A stretch of 64,000 nt of DNA. It comes from a virus. A program made the translations under genes and the position numbers. The DNA is taken from IMG/VR virus record IMGVR_UViG_3300022555_000009; one strand, written 5' to 3'. Under the pieces are notes generated by a model. The model was given only the letters and a program-made list of their open reading frames with translations, searched no databases and was not told where the DNA came from. This document shows positions 38,888 to 49,171 of the stretch, one piece after another. Numbering within the stretch: position 1 is the stretch's first letter; the number at the start of each line of letters is the position of its first letter.

Positions 38888-41800
38888 ATGGCCTACGTTC
38901 CCGAAAACCAAGATGTCTGGTTAGATACTAACAGAGCTCATATGCGCTACAGATTAGGAAGTACCAATTATGGTATTACTCCTAACGTCTGGTATACTGT
39001 ATGCTCAAAAGCGGGCTCCTCTGTTGCAGCCGGAGACATTTTAAGCGTCATAGACCAGGGATGGGCAACTTCCCTGGGAAGCTCCACTTATGCTGGGCAA
39101 GTCTTGCAGACTGATAACACAGTAATTGGCGCCACTATAGGAGTGGCTCTTCACGCAGCTACTGCTGGACAGCCTGTTGAAGTTCAAACAAGCGGAATGT
39201 ATACCTGGCCTTCAGGAAAAGATACAGACTTAGGAACCTCCGATATAGGAAAAGTAGTTTATGTTCTCAATAATACTTCAACTACGAGCACGATCTTAGG
39301 ATTAACAACTGATAGAAATATTGCTGGAGCCGTGGGTGCCCCTATCATTCTCGGAAAGATTATAGCATGCACACCTTCAATGGCCGGACCACTTACTATC
39401 ATCCTAGATCCCACGGGAGACAGCAGAGCTGCTTCTAGTCTTTCTCAGGCTATCTACATCGCCGGAGAAGCTATAACAATAACTGCTGCACAGGGATTTC
39501 CTGTAGTTTCAGAAGATGCCACGGATGGTAAAATATACGTAGCCGATAGAAGAAAGTCTCCTATGTCTTTCTTTGTGTCTGCGACAGGAACTGTAGGCAC
39601 AATTTCTGGAGGTGGTCCTTGGACAGCAACTGTTTCAGGTTTAACTAACGTAACTAATATATCAATCGGCGCTACCCTTTCGGCTACAGCTGGAGTTGGT
39701 ACTCTTTATGGTGGATCTCCAACTTCAGTAGCTGTAACAGGATTTACTTCGACGTCAATAACTTACCAGGTAACAGGCGGAACCACTCCTACTGCAGGAA
39801 GTATCACCAATCTAACTGCCACCGACTATAAAAATCGACACAGAGTAGTAGGTTTCTGTATCGCGAACTCTACAGTTCCTCAAACCACATATCCTATTAC
39901 CATAACTGCAGGTCAGCAAGTCGTAGTTGAAAGACTAGGCCCTATTACCCTAGGAACAGGAATTACTCTCACCTCCGGAAAGCAGCTATACGTAGATACG
40001 CTAGGAGCCGTTGTTCAGGATGACTCAACTTTCTCTGCTACAGACTGGAGATTAATAGTAGGTATTGCTACTTCTCCCTTAGGAACAGCAACTACAAACC
40101 CAGGCACAGCTTTAGTTCAAATAGCTCCACCAGCGACACCCTTGCCTGACGCCGTTCCTGTGGGCACTGTACAGGCTATTGGAAATTATGGTTGGGCATA
40201 CGATTATGGTTTCTACCCTTGTATCACGAATGGTTCCGGAGGTTTAGTAGTAACGGGTTCAGGAGCTAATCAAGCGGGACAGCTATCTGCATATAATCCC
40301 GCAACAGTAGTAACTGCGCCAACCTCAAATCCCGCGGCTAACGGTACTTTTGATTTTACTACCTTATACCAAGCTATAAATACAACGTATGGAGGATATA
40401 CAGTTTGGTACGTAGCTGGAGCAGGCACTGCATCTGGGACCGTAAAGATCAACGGTGTAACCTACACGATGGCAGGCACAGAAAATTCTACCTCCCTAGT
40501 AGCAGCAAGAATCCAGTCTCAAATGGCATCTACGCAGGCAGGCTATGTTTGTTATAATCCCTCAACATTCTATGTAGCTATATCTAATGATAGCTCTCAT
40601 GCTCCTCCTCTTATCGACGCTTCCGGTTTAGTTAATTACACTGTGAATGCGACAACTGCTTCTACCAATGGAGGAGCTAACGCCGGCGTCAGCAATATTT
40701 GCTCTACTTTTAGTCTTCCAAGTCTTTACACAGTAAATCCCCACATTCAAATCAAGTACAAGAATTGGCAGTATCTACCTCTATCCAATGGAGCTCAATT
40801 AATAAAGACCACTCCTGTGGATTGGACACCATGGTCTAGTAACCCCGGACTGAATTGGACTAACACGTCATTACAGAATATTTTGACGAATACTACTTGG
40901 GCTAATACTCCTCCGAATGGTATTGAGGACCTTGTATTTTCTCTCTATGTCAGGAGCAACGCTACTCCAAGTAAAGTATGGAAAATAGAGCCTCTGCCTT
41001 CTTCTCATTATTCCGGCGGAGAAACTTTATACGGTTACCAGTGCTACATAGACACGTCAACCCAGTATCTCTATATTAACTTCATGCCCGGTGGATTGGC
41101 AATCTTTGACACCCCCGGCTCAGGACCAACTGTTATTCCTACGAATTCAACTTGGTCTTGGAAATTCGTCGTACAGAAGACAGACAGGTTCAATCGCTTT
41201 ATAGATTACTCTTCTGATGATAAGAATCTACAGGCTTGGAAAGTTCTATATGGCGACTCCTCTTCTTACTCAATCAATTATGATCCTCTTACGGCAGTAA
41301 CTGCAGGAAGATTCAATAGGCAGGTGTCAACAGCCCCTCTCATTGGAAATACTACTAGGTTAAATTACGAAGGTGACTTGTATGTTACTGATCTCGTAGT
41401 AACTAATAACGTAACTAACACAGGTGTCGCTAATGTTTCCGGCAAAGCAGATGGATCAGGATACAATAGAATTCGTGGTTCCTTGAATCTAAGAAACACT
41501 GCGGATGGCGCAGACGTAATTTATACTGACAATACTGGTAATCTTACTATGGTGGGAACTCTCACTGTAGGCGCGTCTGGCAATTCGTACATTAGAACAG
41601 CTCAAGCCGCAGGATCTTTGTTTGATACAGTTGCTACCACAATAAATATTGGTGGCGTTGTCGCAAGTACCACTCTTAATTTATTAGGATCTACTGCAAC
41701 TGGGGTCGTGAATGTAAATTCTACTTTAGATGCATCAAGCACAATTGCAGCTGGATTCGTAGTCAAGGGCGGAGTAGGTGTTGCAGGTAAGATGTACGTT

Positions 41801-44764
41801 GGAACAGGGACGGGAGTCTTATACGTAGGAGCTACTGCAGGAACAATAGATACTACTGGAGGAGCAAGCACCGCGTACCTGTTTAATACTAACGCCACGA
41901 CAATCAATGCTTTCGGCGCAACCACGACTCTTCAAGCAGGTACATCTGCCCAAGGCTTCGGGTATACTGGAACAACGACAAACATAGCGAATTCCACAAC
42001 TGCCCAAATAATCAATATTGGAACAGGTGCCACAACTTCTACATCTGTGAAAGAAATAAACATTGGCACTAACACCGGCGCCAATGCCTTTACGAATGTT
42101 ACCATTGGAAGTTCCACCGGTACAACCACAATAACTTTTAACGGGCCTACTTCTTTCACTAACACAAATAGTATTTATATAATCAGCCCTGTAACAGGGG
42201 GCAATGGAGTCACAGGAGTTGCTAACTCTTTCGGTACCCTTCACATAACTCCTTACGCCTACCTTAAGGTTATAAATAGCACAGGAACAAATACAAACGT
42301 CGCTAAGTTCAATCTATCTACCTTGCCAACTGATGGCTGGTCCATAGGAACTACGGATAGTACGGGAACCAACGCAAGAACTTTATCCCTGACAACAGGA
42401 CACATAGCTCTCACAGGCAACGCTTCTACGTTCATAACCTCAGCGACGGGAACAGTAGGTTCTATTACTACTCTCGACACTGCTATCTGGTCCGCTATAG
42501 TATCTGGCTTATCAAGCACAGCAGGAGTTGTCGTAGGATCTACTATTTCGGCAACAACAGGAGCAGGAACCTTATACGGCGGCTCTCCTACCTCTGTAAC
42601 GGTTATAAGTTTTACATCAAACACTATTACCTACAGAGTTGTCGGTGGCACTATTCCTACAGCAGGTTCTGTAACTAATATTACTGTTTCTGGATCTACG
42701 CTAGTTCTTCCCACAGGATCATTGACTCTACCGGCTCTTGCTGCAATCGGAGATATCCCTTATGCTTCGTCAACAACTGTTCTAAGTAAAATAACTGCTG
42801 TCGCAGTTGGTAACGCCTTTATTTCCCGCGGAGTCGGCACTGTCCCTGCATGGAGTAAAATCGGTCTAGATACATCAGGAACAGAAAGCGTCAAGCATGT
42901 CGATGGAGTCTTGCAGATTGTAAATGGCGGCTTAGGATTATCCTCAACTGTAGCCAACACCGTTTATAAAACTAATGCAGGCAATACTGCTTTTGTAGCA
43001 TCTAATATAACAGACGACGGCAATATACACTTCAATAGCGTTTCTCTAGATACTATAAAGTCTGTGACGATTCCTTATGTTTCTGGTGTAACTAATCAAA
43101 TCAATATTACCAACACGGACACCATTAATAACACCACTGCTATTAATATCAGTAAAACGAATTCGCCAGGTGGTGCGTACAATGTTTATGGTTTGCAGGT
43201 TGCTCTCAATACAACAGGCGGTACAAACGCTTACGGAACTTACTATAACGTCATTGGTACAGTAACTAACAAGTATGCTATATACATTGCGGCAGGTTTA
43301 ATCAATTCGGCTGACGCAACGGAAGCTAGTCAAGGCGCAGGATCGCTGATCCTAGCTGGCGGTATGTACATCGTTAAGAAAGCATATTGTGACGGCGGCG
43401 TATATCTACTAAACAATGCCGCGTACTACACAGCATTGGTTGGAGCCTCTGGAGCTTCCGGTCAATCTACAATAACTCTTAACGCCAATAGTGGAAGCAG
43501 AACAATTTCTCTATCAGGAAGCTTAACGGTAGGCACCGGCGGAATCACATTAACTCCTAATGCGGCAGGGACCACATTAAGTATTACTAATACTGCGTTG
43601 ACTTTCAATTCTACTTTAGGTAACACAGGAGTTCTCATTGCTTCTTCCGCAAATACTATAGACACAGAAGCTCAACTATCGATAACTCGAGGCGGAACAG
43701 GCACAAGCACTTTCACGGGAACCGGTAAAAATGTATTCGACAATGGCCCTATATTGATTACTCCCACTCTCGGGGTTGCATCCGCAACCTCTATCAACGG
43801 ATTAACTATATCATCATCTACAGGAACCTTGACGATAACAAATCTTAAAACACTCTCTGTAAGTAATACGCTTACTCTAGCTGGAACTGATGGTAAAGCA
43901 GCAACATTCAATGATAACTTTACCACAGGAACTTTAACTAGCGGCTATGTCATATACGCTTCAGCAGCGAATACAATTGCATCGGAAGCGATTTTATCTA
44001 CTTCTCGGGGTGGAACTGGAAACGGATTTACTAAATTCTCTGGTCCTGCGTCAGCAGAAAAAACAAAAACTTTGAGAGACGCCTCTGATACTATTCTTGA
44101 ATTGGGAGGCTCTTATACCCCAACAGGAACTTGGAATTGGGGCAGTGCCACTATTTCAAACCTAACAGCTAGTGCTGTCGGCGCGGCCAATATCACAGGA
44201 ACAACCTTGTCCTCAACGGTTACGTCGTCTAGCTTGACGTCCTTTGGAGCTTCAATTGCTCTAGGCACTCCAGCTTCGGGCACTCTAACTAACTGCTCAT
44301 TCCCAACATTAAATCAAAGCACTACAGGTCAGGCAGGCAGCGTGGCTAATAACTTGAATTTTACCAATACCTTTTCCTCCGGAGGAACAACTGCTTACAA
44401 TGGTGCTGCAGTTCGAACAATATATGTTCCAGGACAAAACTTAGAGACAGGGGCTACGGTGACATTCTCTACAGTTACCGCCGCTTCCTTCAACTCAACT
44501 TCCTTGAGGGCATTGAAGAAAAATATCAATGATTTTACTCAGTCCTCCTTAGATATTATTGACACAGTGAAGGTAGTGTCCTTCAATATGAAAGACGACG
44601 ATGTCTATCACGTAGGCTTTATCGCTGACGATACACATGAGTACTTAGCAACTAGGGATCACAACAAGATGGATTTGGGAAACTCAGTAGGTTTGTTGAT
44701 AAAAGGTATGCAAGAGCTTAGGGAAGAAAATAGAAAATTAAAGTCACTATTAGGAGTGGTGTAA
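38888..44764 (+). CDS. Long tail fibre (1958 aa) with S74-like chaperone
   Basis: G/T-rich beta repeats; tail-collar-like VPVGTV; STSLRALKKNI...GFIADD...GLLIKGMQEL. Confidence 0.85.
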   Translation: MAYVPENQDVWLDTNRAHMRYRLGSTNYGITPNVWYTVCSKAGSSVAAGDILSVIDQGWATSLGSSTYAGQVLQTDNTVIGATIGVALHAATAGQPVEVQTSGMYTWPSGKDTDLGTSDIGKVVYVLNNTSTTSTILGLTTDRNIAGAVGAPIILGKIIACTPSMAGPLTIILDPTGDSRAASSLSQAIYIAGEAITITAAQGFPVVSEDATDGKIYVADRRKSPMSFFVSATGTVGTISGGGPWTATVSGLTNVTNISIGATLSATAGVGTLYGGSPTSVAVTGFTSTSITYQVTGGTTPTAGSITNLTATDYKNRHRVVGFCIANSTVPQTTYPITITAGQQVVVERLGPITLGTGITLTSGKQLYVDTLGAVVQDDSTFSATDWRLIVGIATSPLGTATTNPGTALVQIAPPATPLPDAVPVGTVQAIGNYGWAYDYGFYPCITNGSGGLVVTGSGANQAGQLSAYNPATVVTAPTSNPAANGTFDFTTLYQAINTTYGGYTVWYVAGAGTASGTVKINGVTYTMAGTENSTSLVAARIQSQMASTQAGYVCYNPSTFYVAISNDSSHAPPLIDASGLVNYTVNATTASTNGGANAGVSNICSTFSLPSLYTVNPHIQIKYKNWQYLPLSNGAQLIKTTPVDWTPWSSNPGLNWTNTSLQNILTNTTWANTPPNGIEDLVFSLYVRSNATPSKVWKIEPLPSSHYSGGETLYGYQCYIDTSTQYLYINFMPGGLAIFDTPGSGPTVIPTNSTWSWKFVVQKTDRFNRFIDYSSDDKNLQAWKVLYGDSSSYSINYDPLTAVTAGRFNRQVSTAPLIGNTTRLNYEGDLYVTDLVVTNNVTNTGVANVSGKADGSGYNRIRGSLNLRNTADGADVIYTDNTGNLTMVGTLTVGASGNSYIRTAQAAGSLFDTVATTINIGGVVASTTLNLLGSTATGVVNVNSTLDASSTIAAGFVVKGGVGVAGKMYVGTGTGVLYVGATAGTIDTTGGASTAYLFNTNATTINAFGATTTLQAGTSAQGFGYTGTTTNIANSTTAQIINIGTGATTSTSVKEINIGTNTGANAFTNVTIGSSTGTTTITFNGPTSFTNTNSIYIISPVTGGNGVTGVANSFGTLHITPYAYLKVINSTGTNTNVAKFNLSTLPTDGWSIGTTDSTGTNARTLSLTTGHIALTGNASTFITSATGTVGSITTLDTAIWSAIVSGLSSTAGVVVGSTISATTGAGTLYGGSPTSVTVISFTSNTITYRVVGGTIPTAGSVTNITVSGSTLVLPTGSLTLPALAAIGDIPYASSTTVLSKITAVAVGNAFISRGVGTVPAWSKIGLDTSGTESVKHVDGVLQIVNGGLGLSSTVANTVYKTNAGNTAFVASNITDDGNIHFNSVSLDTIKSVTIPYVSGVTNQINITNTDTINNTTAINISKTNSPGGAYNVYGLQVALNTTGGTNAYGTYYNVIGTVTNKYAIYIAAGLINSADATEASQGAGSLILAGGMYIVKKAYCDGGVYLLNNAAYYTALVGASGASGQSTITLNANSGSRTISLSGSLTVGTGGITLTPNAAGTTLSITNTALTFNSTLGNTGVLIASSANTIDTEAQLSITRGGTGTSTFTGTGKNVFDNGPILITPTLGVASATSINGLTISSSTGTLTITNLKTLSVSNTLTLAGTDGKAATFNDNFTTGTLTSGYVIYASAANTIASEAILSTSRGGTGNGFTKFSGPASAEKTKTLRDASDTILELGGSYTPTGTWNWGSATISNLTASAVGAANITGTTLSSTVTSSSLTSFGASIALGTPASGTLTNCSFPTLNQSTTGQAGSVANNLNFTNTFSSGGTTAYNGAAVRTIYVPGQNLETGATVTFSTVTAASFNSTSLRALKKNINDFTQSSLDIIDTVKVVSFNMKDDDVYHVGFIADDTHEYLATRDHNKMDLGNSVGLLIKGMQELREENRKLKSLLGVV

Positions 44765-45889
44765 ATGTCAGAAGGATTTAAGACATATATATCAGGTTCT
44801 TACTGGGTATTAAGTACAGTATTTGAGCCTAAGAATGCAGACGCCACTACACCAAACTCCACTATTGGTAATCATTTTATGGATGGAGGATCCCCTATAT
44901 ACAACCTCTATTTAGCAAGGAATACAGCATCAGTAGGCGATAGTGTGGGTCTGGTTCAAGCAGCTAATGTAGGGTTCACTTATCAAGGCACTGATATTTC
45001 CGCTTATTTTCAAAAAGTGGGGTATGGCCCCGGAACCACCATTGTTCATCAAGCTACCTCTGCTGGTTCCACCGTCTATTCCTGTCCCGGGCCCGGGCCC
45101 GGAACAAATAAAAAAGTTCGCCATGCCTTTTTCATTGCGGGTGGAGGAGGTGGAGGTGGGGCAGGTGGTGATAATGCTGGAACCTATGGAGGTGGAGGTG
45201 GAGGTGGAGGTGGGGCTGCGGGATATTATAATTCTGGTGTAGTTGACTTACCCAGCGGTAGTATTAGTATTACTGTAGGTGCTGCCGGTACTGGGGGGAC
45301 CACGCCCTCAGCAACGGGGGTAGCTGGGGGGTATTCAGCTATAGAAGGATACTATAATGTAAATGGGGGAACTGGAGGCGTGGGAGGCTATAGTGGACTT
45401 CCGGGTAGTGGGGGATATGGTGGAGTTGGAGGGTTTGGTGGTGGTCTAGGAAATTACATTGCATATGATACCTCACAATCTAGGGCTGTTCAAGGACAAC
45501 CATCCTCTACAACTAATACAGCAACAATAACTGTAAGGAACTCAGCTACCATTACCAATACCTCTGGGGTTGGAGGACTTGGAGGCCAGAATGGAAGAGG
45601 AACCATTGTTATAATACAAGAGTCTGAGGCTTATAGAACTCCGGGGGGAGGAGGGGGGGGAGGAGGGGGAGGATGCCTTGTTGGCTCAAACTCTGGTGGT
45701 GCTGGTGGGGCTGGGGGTAATGATAGATTTAATGGGCCGTGGGGGTCATCCACAGGAGGAGCAGGAGGTACACCTACTAACTTTGGAGGAGGTGGAGGAG
45801 GTGGAGGGGGTGCAGGAGATGATCCTTCTCGTCGATATGGTGGTAATGGCGGGAATGGATATTGTGGATGTGTATACATATATTACTAA
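44765..45889 (+). CDS. Glycine-rich fibre-tip/adhesin protein
   Basis: Multiple poly-Gly loops (AGGGGGG, ITVGAAG.GG), C-terminal G.VYIYY; directly follows the long fibre. Confidence 0.65.
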   Translation: MSEGFKTYISGSYWVLSTVFEPKNADATTPNSTIGNHFMDGGSPIYNLYLARNTASVGDSVGLVQAANVGFTYQGTDISAYFQKVGYGPGTTIVHQATSAGSTVYSCPGPGPGTNKKVRHAFFIAGGGGGGGAGGDNAGTYGGGGGGGGGAAGYYNSGVVDLPSGSISITVGAAGTGGTTPSATGVAGGYSAIEGYYNVNGGTGGVGGYSGLPGSGGYGGVGGFGGGLGNYIAYDTSQSRAVQGQPSSTTNTATITVRNSATITNTSGVGGLGGQNGRGTIVIIQESEAYRTPGGGGGGGGGGCLVGSNSGGAGGAGGNDRFNGPWGSSTGGAGGTPTNFGGGGGGGGGAGDDPSRRYGGNGGNGYCGCVYIYY

Positions 45890-45910
45890 CTAAAAATAGG
45901 AGAGAATAAA

Positions 45911-46324
45911 TTGGCATTATTGGCGTATAGTTTTGATACAGGCTATGCAGAAAAACTTGATAATATCTATCTAAAGATAGTTAATATCTCTTTTAACTCA
46001 TATAATACCCAAGTTCTTATTGATATGCAAGCTTGGCTAACTAAAGAATCTAGAGAACAGGCTAAAAAAGTTGATGAAATAGAACTAAGATTAAAGTTAG
46101 GAAAAAAAGAAAATCAGACAGACGAAGAATGGATAGAATTTGAGAACAATGCAAAGATAATGTATAGGCCTCAACCACTAGCTACTTGGCAGACGGGGTG
46201 TAGAGCGGTAGATATAGATGTACACTCTATTGATTTACTTGATCCTAACAGTATGTTAAGTTCTGCTTATCAATATTTAAAAGATAATTTCAAACCTGAG
46301 ATACATAATTTTAAGGATGTTTAA
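45911..46324 (+). CDS. Hypothetical fibre-associated protein
   Basis: SD AGGAG with TTG start; YLKI...AYQYLK...F.DV pattern typical of fibre-adjacent small proteins. Confidence 0.5.
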   Translation: MALLAYSFDTGYAEKLDNIYLKIVNISFNSYNTQVLIDMQAWLTKESREQAKKVDEIELRLKLGKKENQTDEEWIEFENNAKIMYRPQPLATWQTGCRAVDIDVHSIDLLDPNSMLSSAYQYLKDNFKPEIHNFKDV

Positions 46325-47046
46325 TGTCTATTTCCATTATAATTCCCTGTTATAATCAAAGTGAGTTTTTATTAGAAGCAATAAATAGTTGTATTAATCA
46401 ATCTAAGAAAGCTGATGAAATCATTGTTTTATTAATGGACAAAAGAAGTTGGGAATTAAAGGAATATCTGGAATCACTTAACATAATATGTATAGTAAGC
46501 CCTCAATTATCTCTTACTAAGGCAAGAAATATGCTTATTGCAAATACAAAATCTACATATATCATACCATTAGATGCTGATGATTATCTTCCTTTGAATT
46601 TCATTGAGGAGACATCTAAAATAGATAGTGACATTGTCTATGTGGATAGCAGGGTGCTAGGTAATGGTATGGATATAATCACTAGGACTCCTGATATTGT
46701 TCAAAAAAGGCATTTTACTTCAAAGCATCCATTAATACGAACTACAGCACTTTTTAAGAAAACTGTATGGTTTGATATCGGTGGTTATAATGAAGATTTT
46801 ACTTATGGACACGAATGCTGGGAATTTTGGTATAGAGCATTTTTTCTAGGAAAATCTTTTAAAAAATGCCATACTACTTATTATATATATAAACAATATC
46901 CTACTAACGGAAGAGCTTATATCGCTCGTGATAATTTTCAGATAATAAGAAAACAATTAAAAGAATTGTATCCCGGAGATTTTGAAGTGATCAGCCGTAG
47001 AAATATCCCACCAAAAGAAAGAAAGAATTTCGCGAATCTAAAGTAA
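46324..47046 (+). CDS. Glycosyltransferase family 2
   Basis: ISIIIPCYNQ, ARN, LDADD, IGGYNE. Confidence 0.9.
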   Translation: MSISIIIPCYNQSEFLLEAINSCINQSKKADEIIVLLMDKRSWELKEYLESLNIICIVSPQLSLTKARNMLIANTKSTYIIPLDADDYLPLNFIEETSKIDSDIVYVDSRVLGNGMDIITRTPDIVQKRHFTSKHPLIRTTALFKKTVWFDIGGYNEDFTYGHECWEFWYRAFFLGKSFKKCHTTYYIYKQYPTNGRAYIARDNFQIIRKQLKELYPGDFEVISRRNIPPKERKNFANLK

Positions 47047-47089
47047 GCAGTATACATAGGACTAATTTCTAATAGAGAGGAATACTCCA

Positions 47090-47788
47090 TTGGATTTTAT
47101 AGGCCTCACCTTTTTTATACCTTCCACCTTGTTAGTTATATGGGGAACCTTTATAGCTACCAAGTATTACCTGTCGGAGAAGACGCGATTTGAAGACTAT
47201 TATCTTCTCCTGGCGATAGCGAGTTTTTTTGGCAAATTTTTACTGCAATCTTTCATCCTAGTAACTAATAATTTAAGTCCCAGCCTCGTTTTCATGGTCC
47301 AGGCTTTACAAACTTGGACCTATTGGTTTTTGTTGATCTTCCTATTCAAAAGAAATTTTTTCGAAGCCAAATTAAAAAGAGTCTTATGGATTCTTTTGAC
47401 CTTGATTATAGTGATAGGTAGCACCATCCTCATAGCCAGCAGTTCTTTCCAAATAGATCCCGTCGTATACGTAGCGAAGTATCCAACTCTAATGAAGATG
47501 GACTATCTCTTAGATGATAGCTTTGTTAATACAACTCAGTACTTAAGAGTATTCATGCTAGGCCTTTGCGTGTGGTTCTCTTGGAGACTACTGAAAAAGC
47601 CATCCTGGATGTTTTTCGGCGCCTCCTTTCTTTTTCTAGTTGAACTTTTTACATTCTATAATAATCTACCCTGGAAATTTCTTCCTTCATGCTTTATATT
47701 CAGAATAATCCAAGTATTTGAATTAATTTCTATCATATGCATATCTTTAGATATGAAGTTATATTTTGGTAAAAGAGATTCTAAATGA
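47090..47788 (+). CDS. Polytopic membrane protein (~7 TM)
   Basis: About seven hydrophobic segments; ACTAATT plus SD GAGG with TTG start. Confidence 0.65.
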   Translation: MDFIGLTFFIPSTLLVIWGTFIATKYYLSEKTRFEDYYLLLAIASFFGKFLLQSFILVTNNLSPSLVFMVQALQTWTYWFLLIFLFKRNFFEAKLKRVLWILLTLIIVIGSTILIASSSFQIDPVVYVAKYPTLMKMDYLLDDSFVNTTQYLRVFMLGLCVWFSWRLLKKPSWMFFGASFLFLVELFTFYNNLPWKFLPSCFIFRIIQVFELISIICISLDMKLYFGKRDSK

Positions 47789-48813
47789 CTGAAGCTCCTG
47801 CTAGTGCAGTAACGCCTGCTGTCGTGTCTTTATTACACGACATAATCAGCAAACCTTTTTGGGAATCCGCTGTGCTGATAGTCCTAGCAGGTCTTGTGAC
47901 ATTTTTTGTTGTAGGCGGTCTTGCGTTCGCCCTATCGCGAATTCGAGGGGAGGTAGATATAGATTTCTTATCTTTGTTCCGTATAGGTAAGAAAAGAGAA
48001 GAACTAACTTCTAGAAATGATATCAATATCGTAGTAAATAATACCCCACCCTCAACTTCCGCTGAATTCGTTAAAGAGGAGAATAAGCTTTTGAATGAAA
48101 TGATAGGGGCAGAAGACATGGTTGAAAAAGATGAGATTATCGCGGAGAAAACTCCTGGTGATCCCGATAACGTCTTGCTTATGGTTATTAGCAAGAGCGT
48201 TAGATTCGGATCGGATATCTCCAAATACAAAGAAGTGTACTTAATAAAATCTCAGATGGCTGCTGCGGAGTTGAGGTCGAATATTATTGAAAATATTCTT
48301 ATAAAAGATTACATGGAGGTAATATATAAGAAAAATTCAAAAATCAACATTCAAGATGACCAGTCCTATCGAATCTTTGAAGAGATAGTCCATAACCAGG
48401 CCCATAGAAATATCTTAGCAGTCTTGCGTAGATTGTTCAAAGACAATCATTTAACTCAATACGACGAAGAAGGCTTCAATGAGTACTCAAGTGTACAATG
48501 CGAAAGAATAATAACGCAAATGAAGTTATCTATAAATGGGTCTATTCCTAGTTTTCTTGATCCGGGTCGAGAAGCAGTAAATATAATCCTTGATCGCTCG
48601 AATCAAGCGCTCTTAGAAACCTTCAAAGATATTTTTTCTGAAGCCCGTGTTTTAGCTTTCAGAACAGAGTCAGTTATACGTAAAAAAGAAAAAGACTTCG
48701 ACGATGAGATAAAGAAGCTCACGGGAATTTCAGAAGCTCATAAAAGGGCTGATATCGCTTCTGAAGATCCCTATGCTATAAACTATAAAACAAGGGAATT
48801 AAAATATGAGTGA
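47785..48813 (+). CDS. N-terminal TM protein with a large helical soluble domain (possible holin/antiholin partner)
   Basis: TM SAVLIVLAGLVTFFVVGGLAFAL; ATGA coupling. Confidence 0.5.
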   Translation: MTEAPASAVTPAVVSLLHDIISKPFWESAVLIVLAGLVTFFVVGGLAFALSRIRGEVDIDFLSLFRIGKKREELTSRNDINIVVNNTPPSTSAEFVKEENKLLNEMIGAEDMVEKDEIIAEKTPGDPDNVLLMVISKSVRFGSDISKYKEVYLIKSQMAAAELRSNIIENILIKDYMEVIYKKNSKINIQDDQSYRIFEEIVHNQAHRNILAVLRRLFKDNHLTQYDEEGFNEYSSVQCERIITQMKLSINGSIPSFLDPGREAVNIILDRSNQALLETFKDIFSEARVLAFRTESVIRKKEKDFDDEIKKLTGISEAHKRADIASEDPYAINYKTRELKYE

Positions 48814-49102
48814 TACTACTGTAGTAAATACAAGCGTTACTGTAAATACAAAGCCTTTGGGATTCTTTAGAGACCCCTCAGGAGACTTGAGTTCAGGAAG
48901 GCTTGTAAAGATAGGCTCTTTTTTCGCAGCCATTGTTATTGGCTTAGCAGGATTAGGTGTATTAAGTTACGCCGCAATCTATCCTGCGGCAACAGTTAAC
49001 GCAGCCTTGACACCACTTTCCAGCTACTGCTTAGGAATTGCTGGAATGTTTTTAGGCGTCGCCGGCGGATCTGAGATCGTACAGAAAGTTACTAAAAGTT
49101 AA
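48806..49102 (+). CDS. Putative holin (2 TM)
   Basis: 98 aa; FFRDPSGDLSSGRL followed by two TM segments and a basic tail. Confidence 0.5.
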   Translation: MSDTTVVNTSVTVNTKPLGFFRDPSGDLSSGRLVKIGSFFAAIVIGLAGLGVLSYAAIYPAATVNAALTPLSSYCLGIAGMFLGVAGGSEIVQKVTKS

Positions 49103-49171
49103 GTCCCACTGGAGGACACACACTAATTATAGAGTTAGGAGCCTCATAGAGGTAAATACAAAGGAGATCAT

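Noticed and set aside
32590-45893. Many short antisense or alternate-frame ORFs inside tail genes (V/P/A-rich, poly-Pro)
   Set aside because: Shadows of Thr/Gly/Ala codon bias; no RBS or recognisable motifs.
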